From Trichoplax sp. H2 (Eukaryota), in the NCBI GenBank assembly GCA_003344405.1, contig NOWV01000012.1:992001-1025200 (forward strand): a stretch of 33,200 nucleotides of DNA. The letters are read 5' to 3'. The notes beneath the pieces were generated by a model. It was not told the origin of the DNA and searched no databases. It was given only the letters and a program-made list of their open reading frames with translations. Position numbers and translations under genes: made by a program. Shown here piece after piece: positions 23,804 through 33,200 of this stretch. How positions within the stretch are numbered: position 1 is the first letter of the stretch; every line of letters starts with the position of its first letter.

Positions 23804-26125
23804 TCCCGAAGTTTTAGATGATCAAAAAATAAATAAAATATTTTGCAATTTTAATTCATTTTATATCAATTGAAAGAAAAAGAGTGGAAATACAAGAGTC
23901 TGTCGATAGAATTTTCGTACGGTATCTAATTTTTTCATAAATTACGTTTAATGAGAAATAGTTATTTCTAGTACAGTAGAAGTCCCTGACTGTACATTCT
24001 ACAATACAGTAGGCACAGTAGTAGTTGGAGTTAAACAGAACTGCATCCAAACACCTACTGACAACATCTCATTAAAACGAAGACTGCTGTAGACCATGGA
24101 TACTGGACAGGGGCTATTAAAAAGAAGACAGAATTTAGTAGTCTCTGGGTATACGCTTTTATTGGTACCATATAGTAGAATGACCGAAAAAATGATATAA
24201 GCCTTGGCGTTATTTTGCACCGACGGTCGTTGGCAGTCCCGTTTCTGTCTTATTTAGTAGTCCAAGACTAGACAAACTTACAGCATCATTAGCATGGTGC
24301 AAGTAGACTACGTCAGGGTGCAAATGAATGCTATAAAACGCAATAATATGCTGTTAAAGTATGATCTACCAATAAATTTATGCTCAAGCCTAATGGTCTT
24401 GCTTAGTCTTGTTTAGTCTTGCTCTTGCTATTTTGTTGACATTTTTACAACTGACTCAGTACAGCAGGTTGTTCCACTCGTGATATTCTCTTGCTATAAG
24501 TTTACTAAATTTTCCAGCATTCTCATATCGGTACTAAGGGAGATGCGGGTTGTATTTGCCCCCTTATAATATATTTATATATATACTGTACAAAGCTATT
24601 GCGCTAAATTATAGTTATTTATACCTATACATAAATATAATAGGTATTGCCTATACTGTATGATATCCATTAATTATACTGTACTAGTATATCAGTTTAG
24701 TTTGATCCGGTTGCGATTCCTTTCATCAGACTTAATAGAAAGTATTTACGCGGGCATACTATAGATACTTGTTACTTGTTATCATAGCAATCGAATAGAC
24801 TTGTTGCGAATTAGGTACTAATCTTGATAGGACAGGCAAAGTGGAAATGGTATATCTGCACAGTACTGTGATCATCAAACATCTATGAACATTTTACCGA
24901 TTGTAGTTCCTCGTGAAGCAGACGAGTTCAGTCAATTCTCGATATTCCACTCTTTATCTGGTCTATTATGTGTATACCAGTGATACTTTTGATGACAGTC
25001 TATATTATAAAGTAGAGAAGAATTTGTAAGGTATCAGTTTCCTATTTTGCTGTGCGCATATTTCTAATTGATCTGTCTAATTTAATGCGGGCTATACATG
25101 CAATATAGATAATTTTGATAGCCTACTTCATAATATAGGGTAGCAACTCCAAAAGTATTTATTGCATCGTACCAATATCATTTTTCTTAAACAAATTTTA
25201 ATTTCTATACTTTAGACAATTGAACTTAATTTAGTTTACTCACGATAAATAATATCTCTTGGAGCGGAGGGGGATCTGTATCTCATGGAGATTTTTTGTT
25301 TGAATTAAAGGCAATATCCGGTTATGATTATTCTTTATCTTGATCAAGCTTAGTGTTATGAACTTTCAATGTTTACGTTAATTGATACTGTCAAACTAAT
25401 TTCAATTAGTTGCCATGGTACTTTTAAAGCATAGGCAAATTGGTCATTATAACATGTAGTAATTTTTCAAATAAGCTATGATTGTCAATAATAATGAATA
25501 ATCAAGCACATCTGTTAGTTAATTAATGTCAACAACGTCCCTAAGCCTTTAACGAGGTCGATAACATTTTAACATGATCTATCGATGCTCATGAATACAG
25601 ACATGAAGAGTACAAGAGTACAATCCAGTTAAGAGTTACGTATTAATTATCTACGATAGACGATAATTGTCCGTATAAATGGTGCCGGTATTAGCTTTCT
25701 AGAATAATTAATAACGTAATCTGTAATCCGTTTTAGGTCTAATTATACCAGTTGAAGATACTACTATAGTGCCAATTTTATAAATACTGTATCACCCAGT
25801 AAAGAATTGAACCTTTTTAATATAGGACAAACTTTAGGTATACTGACTATTGAAACTATTAATATTTTAAATCACAGCAGCTTGTTTATTTATCTAACGA
25901 TTTCATTCTTCCTTTCTGATGTTAAATAATAATTCGGTTGTTATCGGCCGTACAATCTTCAATATCTTCGTAGATGAGGTAAACTTACAACTTGAAACAA
26001 TTTATTAATTAAACGGTTAATAATCTTCAATTTCTGCGTGCTAGACATACTAACAACAAATCCTATCAATAAATTAATTTTATAGTTTTAAACTCTAGCA
26101 TTCTCAATTGACGAAGAGGTATACT

Positions 26126-29100
26126 ATGAATTCAATCACTTTGTATTTATCCGTTTACTTTTCGGTAAGTAGTCTCCCAAATCATAGAATTTCTTATTGA
26201 ATAATATCTTTTTTGTATCATTTCATTCGATTTCCAGTGGTAATGATGTATGACACACAGTAGAAAATTTTGAATAAACTGTCGTTTCTGGCTTACAAGA
26301 CGCAAAGTCTAACTAAATAATTTTATTTTTTTAATTATAGATCATTCTCTTGCTGTCAGGTAAAATTTTGTTCACACCATAGAATATTTGTTAAAAGTTG
26401 TTTAATGTATCATCCTTAGGTGAACTATTTTTCATTATTTATTGAATCATTGAATTTTGATTAACTTTGAATTTCCGACCTTTTTTGAAAGTTTGATAAT
26501 TCGATAGTTTGATTCGATCGTACCGCAGGCCCACTACTGGGATTATGTTCGTGTCCAGATAATACTTGGATTCAACATCATGGGAGTTGCTATAAAACTT
26601 TTGTTGAATCGAAAACTTTCGAAAGTTCTCAACAACAGTGTCAAAGCAATAATAGTGAATTAGTTACCATTGACACTAGAGAGGAAAATATTTTTCTTGC
26701 ATCGAATGTTCTTGGAAATCAAAATTTAAAATTTTGGATTGGATTACAAGATACAACAGGAGATAAGAATTTTACAAGCTATCAATGGATGTCTAACCTA
26801 GAATATTTAGATTCAGCACTTTATCAGAATTGGCAGTATGATAATCCAGTTGAGGCAGAATATCGCTGTGTCTACTTTACTACACTAGGATGGTATAACT
26901 ATCCATGTTCAAGTAAACTGCCGTTTATATGCGAACCAGGTCAGAATATTAGTTTTAATGGAGTCCTATCAAATTAAAAAAAGTGATTAGCGATGATTGA
27001 TCCATCTGCGAATTTGTTTGATACGAATGTTCTGACCCGTAAGAATACCTTAAGAATTTTTTGCTACGTAGTCAATAGATTTGCTGTCACTGCGATTAAT
27101 TAGGTTTTTGTAATAAAGTGATATTCAAAGTTTATCAACTTAATCTTCTAATGATTGATATATCATGTGCATATTTAAGATTACTTCTAACTCAGGGTAA
27201 GACAAATTCTAGCACTACAGCCTTTCATTCTTTTACTCAATTTTCTTTTAATATCGGATGTATTTCCTTTATAGATAACTCTAGTTGTGATCATCATTGG
27301 GAGAATATTAGTAACGTTTGCTTTATTGTGGTAAATCAATCACTAACGTTTGAAGATGCAAATATATATTGCTCTAACTATCATAATGGGCGGCTGATGG
27401 CCGTAGACAGTTATGCTAAACAGACGGTGATACAATCTCATATCCAGCCTTTATCGCAAGATCGATACTGGATAGGCATTCAACAGCTATACTATCAATC
27501 CAATGACTTTAACTACTATTGGCTATTCTCACAAAAATCAACAAAAGATAGTGGTTATACCTTTTGGTCATCTTCATCGCCGTATGATTATAAGCTACGA
27601 TGTGTTAGAGTGCTCTCTTCCTCGTATAGTAACACTTGGGCAAATTATCCATGCAGTTACACCTATCAATCCGTGTGTGAGATGCATATAGGTAAAGTTC
27701 AGAAAATTGCGAATTAAAAATAAAGGTTTCTCTACGTTCAGGACTATTTAATAAAAATTCTGTGATTCAAAGTAACGTAACGACGGAAATTTTAAACTAG
27801 TATATGAATATTTGTGTCCGTACAATTGTACAGACTGAACTGGACATTATATGAAAAGAATAATTGCATTGCTGTTTATCAATTCCGCTCTGAAAATATG
27901 TTATTATTAATTTACTTAATGTTGCACAATATTTTGAGTTAATAAGATATGGCCTTTCTGTTACGCTACTATGGATACAAAATCGTATTAATGTATTACA
28001 GTTACTGTGATAACTGATCTTGCCTATTTCATTTCTTAATGAATGAAACAGAAATAGACCGCAAGTGTTTCATAGAATAATTAATTAAAATGAATTTAGA
28101 AAAAATTCAGAAACAAATAACGATTTTTTTACGCCGCACCACAATCATTATACGACAGGATTTAAATTTCGTAAATATTGCATTCAGTTTTAGATAGATA
28201 ATCTATGTACCTATTAGAGACGATCTTGAGACTCGAGGGCGTTAATTAGATGTATAAGCAATATTAATGTATTATAGGGTTTAAACAGTATTAACAAGCT
28301 GTTATGGATAACTATTCATAATGAGCCACTATTGAGTGAAATTTAGACTTTTGCCATTTTAGATATTTTTTACTGTAATTTTATAATGCACCCGTATATG
28401 CGTTTCAGTGCACTCGATCTTATTCAGGAGACATTATGGTTGCTATAATTACACTCATACTAGTATGATAATTGATTTAAGTTGCCTAGTTTACGCTATT
28501 GGTCGTATTCCCTGCTAGTAAACGTCGTAGAGTATCTTTACGCTTTTAGATTAAGAATAATAATTCTACATACTTTACGTCGAATTCTAATTATTAACTA
28601 GTTTTGTTATATTCTTATGTTTGTATTGGCTTGATGTGTTACTACAAATAAGCTTCTGACAGGTTACTATTGCTAAAGTGTACACAATCTGGCTGTAATA
28701 TAAAATTTACTTATTGACTTAATCTAAAGGCGAAATTCTGAATACAGTTATGGATTAGTAAGAGACGTTTTTCTTCCATGTTTAACTTAGTTTGAAAACG
28801 GACTATGCTAGAAATTACGTGAAAATGCAAATTAAATCTTATTTTATTTTGGGATTATTACAGGAGCCGGTTCGAGCTGTCCAACATACTGGAAAGCATT
28901 TAATTCCAGCATTTGTCTTCAGTATATCCTCGATTATTTGAAATTCGGCGAAGCTAGAAGCTATTGTAATTCGTTAAATGCTAGTTTAGTAGTTATTGAC
29001 AGTCAAGATAAACAAGACTTCGTAGGAAATTTAATTGGCGGTCCTTCTGTTAGGACGTATTGGATAGGATTAGTAGATATTAGAGGAGACAATTCGGTTA

Positions 29101-32100
29101 CAAGTTTTCAGTGGTACTCCACTGACAAAACATTAGCTGAAACTGGTTATTCGAATTGGGAAGATAATTATCCAACTAGTTACAAAGAGCAGTGCGTTTA
29201 TCTATTAGCCGGAAAATGGAATAATGTAGCTTGTGGGATACCTCTACCATTCGTTTGCGAACTAAGTATGTATCTTATTTTCTGTAAAATTTCGTTATAT
29301 CGTTTCCATGAAGTGTTCGGCAGATAACTGATATTGAGAATACAAAGTCGATTAAAAGCTAAAGTTTACCGTAGTTACACTTTATAGCTATATTTATCAA
29401 GTCTGTTAATGCAATATGATTATGGATTAGATTATGTTATTAATTATTGAATAAATAGCCCGACAACTACTATTTTAGCCTTAATACAAAGCATTATCAT
29501 AAAGTTTCTAGATATGATAATAATATACAACGACATATCGAAATCGTTTTAAATATTAAACGCTTTGACTTTTACAGATCAAAGTTCGCCTCAAGATTCC
29601 TATGATACTGCTACATCAGTATTTACTTCGGTTATTATCCTTGAAAATATCGGTAATAAAGTACTTATGCTTTGTAGTTTATTTCTAATTATTAAAGTAA
29701 AAATGACCAAAATAACGAACTTGAAAATAAGATTTTCATTATTCATTAACTGAAGTCATTAACTATTAGCATATTGGAAAGTTATCTACAATAAAATATG
29801 GTATGAATTATAATTTCAACAACATTACTTACGATTTCATTACTCGTTTATATCAAAATACGATATAATATTGCAAAAATATTGTCTGATAGTGACAAAA
29901 GGTTATAATATAGATTATTTTCTCAAATACTGTCTAATTTCTTTAATTACTCGATAGTAATTTCGCAAAGTAATTTAGTTTGCAAATGTATCAGACTCTG
30001 AAGACGAGAGTATTAGCAAGAATAGCAAATCTACTCCTTGAGAAAACTTTAAGCAAAGACATTTTAGTTATAATAACGTACTAGAATAGTTACCTATGAA
30101 CACTTGAGCAGTTCTATTCCTCTATTGTATAGCTAAAAGATTATAACTATTTAAGAATGTAGAATTAAATTTAACTTTAAGCTCGCTTTTATCACGTTAT
30201 GTTTTAAGAGTATAATTGTTACCTAATTGAGGGATCTATTTCAATGATTTTACGTGGTACAGATTATGAAGAGTCAGCTTCGATCAGCTTGGAAGTCCAT
30301 ACTGTTGTAGGTTAGAGCTATTTAAGTATGAGGTAGAAGAAATTATGATTCGTTATATAATTAAGAAAGCTATTGTATGCAAGATATCTGTTTCTAGGTA
30401 GCTGTAGTAGTATGTTACACGGATATCGATCCCTAACCCTAACTCTAACCCTAAGCTTACCGATAAACGGTACCTACATCGACGTATTGATGATAGAAAT
30501 TATGATATTCTCTAGAATATTAAGTGCGTCGATAGTTTCCTTAACTAAACAAGATGTTTATAGGAGCAATTAGACGATCCAATTGTTATGGTATAACTTT
30601 GAATATGAGCACTGTTAGAAATATTCTATTGAGTTATTTTCGATTTAAATAAAAGTATTAGATTCGATCAAAGGATATTTAGCGTGATTCAACTAACTAT
30701 AACTAATTTATATTGCAAGAAAAATCTATTGAAATTTAAGCATTAAGTTTCGAAACTTAGGTTATAACATTTTGTTACGAGACAAAATCGTTCTTCATTA
30801 AATCTTAAAAAGTTGCATAGAAATTAGCAAGGAAGTGAAAATTAGATTTATGAGTGTAATCTTTACATTAAGCATAGTCACTGATCCGATAAATAATATA
30901 CGATTCTGCAGGGATGAATCCAGTGCTAAAGTAATAGATTTCATGTGTTAAGGTCACAGCTTTTATTTTGAAATAGTAAATATGATTGATACCATATTAA
31001 TTGTATCCATATACAGTATAAGGCTATCCTTGAAGAAAATCGGATATAAATTTAACAATATTAGTTATTAATAATGATTAGTGTACATAACCTATACAGA
31101 TCTATTCAGTAAGATTTTTGATTGCGTTTATTTATGTCTACTATTCTAGTTCAATCGTCATCCGTTATTACCGAACCTTCATCCTTGACTGTAAAAGATA
31201 TTATAAATGGTAATTAAAGTACGATTGGGAATCAATTAATTTTAGCTATTATTAATCTAAGGTAGCCGAAGTAATTGGCTATTAAGTTACCTTGCGTAGA
31301 AAAATTAAGAATACAAATTTTAATTTAAGCTGTATTCGTATACAAAATATGAGTAAAATTTTNNNNNNNNNNNNNNNNNNNNACTGTTGTCTGCATTAAG
31401 GGAGCAGTAGCTAAAATTAATATCTAATTCAGTAAATGATTCCAATGTTAATTGTATTAACTATGGCTCATGAACTATTGAGGAGTAGTATATAAATGCA
31501 GTATATCGTGAAATAAAGTGAATTTCTCCAACTTAGTGTTTAACGTAAAATACGAGGCGTTTAAGTCTTTGTGTAGTCTGCTAGTAGAGCAAAAGTGTTC
31601 GTGATAGTGCAGATATCGTTCCTTGATACGTGGTTCAAGGAATTGACTTATTGATCGTATATTGCGTTATCTTATTGCAAAGCTGTTTTGTGACAACTAG
31701 TAACCGTAAGTTATAAAGATATTACCATGAAACAAGCCTTTCTTCTTAAGCGGAAGATAATAAAATAGTGTGATTTTTTAAGCTCTACTCAATTTTTGAA
31801 TATCGATAAATTTTAGTTACTTCGAAATCTCTAACTGAATATTTTGCTTTAGCGGATTCAAGTACAAGCGGTAAGTTACCGCAACTTTGATGTTAGACTT
31901 GAATATTTATAATGAGCTCTAAATTTTTCTCAAAATGATTAAATCGATTTAAATAAATGAAAAAATGTTTACAGTACTGATTAANNNNNNNNNNNNNNNN
32001 NNNNGTAATTAAAGTACGATTGGGAATCAATTAATTTTAGCTATTATTAATCTAAGGTAGCCGAAGTAATTGGCTATTAAGTTACCTTGCGTAGAAAAAT

Positions 32101-33158
32101 TAAGAATACAAATTTTAATTTAAGCTGTATTCGTATACAAAATATGAGTAAAATTTTAGATACAACCACAGGATATTTCCTTGAGACTTTTACTGCTTTT
32201 AAAGATTTAACTAGTAACCGTAAGTTAAAAAGATATTACCATGAAACAGGCCTTTCTTCTTAAGCGGAAGATAATGATAAAGTGAGATTTTAAGCTCTAC
32301 TCAATTTTTGAATATCGATAAATTTTAGTTACTTCGAAATCTCTAACTGAATATTTTGCTTTATCGGATTCAAGTACAAGCGGTAAGTTACCGCAACTTT
32401 GATGTTAGACTTGAATATTTATAATGAGCTCTAAATTTTTCTCAAAATGATTAAATCGATTTAAATAAATGAAATAATGTTTACAGTACTGATTAATAAC
32501 AGCATATTAAATTGGAAAGAATCATTCTTTCTTCGTTTAAGATAATTTAAGCCAGCAGTAAACATGTTTAGCCCATAGTGACTATTTCTAGTGTTAAGTT
32601 GATTACTTCTAAAATGTATGCGTTTATGAGAAATTACACCGTACATGCTGTATTGTATATTCTCTGATACAAAAGCATGTTATGAGAGAAAGAAATAAAT
32701 ACTGTAAACTTGATAGCCAATAAAATTTATTATCCATATAAAGTTATTAAATTGGTAAGCACTAAGATTACTCGTATTATAGCCTTTAATTTTCTAGAGT
32801 TATCTTCTTCAATCATCTCAATTGAATCTAGTCCCGTAATTCAGAATATTGGTACGTATGCATGACGAATGACGACGAAAAGATTCATGGTTTTAAAATA
32901 ATCTAATTCTTTGACTTATTTCTAATTATAGGATCTTCAATACCTGTTACATATTCTTATGCTTCCCTAGGATTGAATAATACTTTGGACTATCAAAGTT
33001 TGTTACATATCGAAATAATTAGTATCTTTTAATAATTTAAGTTATTGCGTAGTAATTTTTAGATAGTCGCTATCGATATTAACATTTAGCAAGCAATAGT
33101 TGGACGGATAGCACAGCATTGGGGTCTTCCAAAGTTGTAACATCAATATCCAATCAAG
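26126..33158 (+). CDS. Signal peptide + three C-type lectin-like domains + Ser/Thr-rich stalk; 3' end outside the window
   Basis: Exons 26126-26164, 26341-26359 (signal MNSITLYLSVYFS-IILLLSG); CTLD exons 26529-26939, 27275-27691, 28864-29265 (each with C..W....C, WIG(L/I), CV...W...C...(F/S)(I/V)CE); then mini-exons 29578-29652, 30263-30310, 31150-31209, 32160-32219, 32798-32851, 32932-33021, 33090-33158. All join in frame with phase-1 introns. The stalk exons are less certain than the CTLD exons. Confidence 0.85.
30431..30471. repeat. Short interstitial (CCCTAA)-like tract followed by a mini-hairpin
   Basis: ccctaaccctaactctaaccctaag then cttaccgataaacggt. A related tract lies at 2845-2872. 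Confidence 0.6.
31210..32496. other. Duplicated sequence around two 20-N gaps (probable uncollapsed haplotype bubble)
   Basis: 31210-31362 is identical to 32005-32157. 31695-31984 matches 32209-32496 with several substitutions and a small indel. Gaps are at 31363-31382 and 31985-32004. Confidence 0.85.
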
Positions 33159-33200
33159 GTATTATACATAGAATGTCTATGATATTTTAGATAGCAGGCT

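Noticed and set aside
23856..24420. Short ORFs on both strands upstream of GPKOW
   Set aside because: No recognisable products or consistent exon chain.
33022..33089. Donor GTATCTTT as a possible U12 intron
   Set aside because: Mismatch to GTATCCTT and no TCCTTAAC-like branch point; treated as an ordinary U2 intron.

Overview
AT-rich, gene-dense eukaryotic (animal) DNA with short GT-AG introns. The style suggests an early-branching animal such as a placozoan (Trichoplax-like), but that is an inference. I spliced the genes by hand. In order: (1) a probable EMC7 first exon on the minus strand, inside a ~299-bp tandem duplication and head-to-head with SEC63; (2) a complete 20-exon SEC63 (+); (3) a convergent MCMDC2, a meiotic MCM paralogue with a dead ATPase (-), with 17 clear exons and an unresolved 5' end; (4) a two-exon secreted trypsin-like protease lacking the IVGG activation motif (+); (5) a ~4.8-kb unassigned region with a ~103-bp minisatellite and a 171-bp direct repeat; (6) a complete 12-exon GPKOW (-); (7) a secreted or surface protein with three C-type lectin domains and a Ser/Thr-rich stalk built from phase-1 mini-exons (+), running off the window through an assembly bubble with two N-gaps. 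A TACTG/CAGTA pentamer and palindrome motif clusters at the three presumed promoter regions. I found no prokaryotic features, rRNA, convincing tRNA or coding transposon. Nothing here demonstrates a wholly new system. The best leads are the EMC7-SEC63 bidirectional pair, the state of MCMDC2, the atypical protease N-terminus and the promoter motif.
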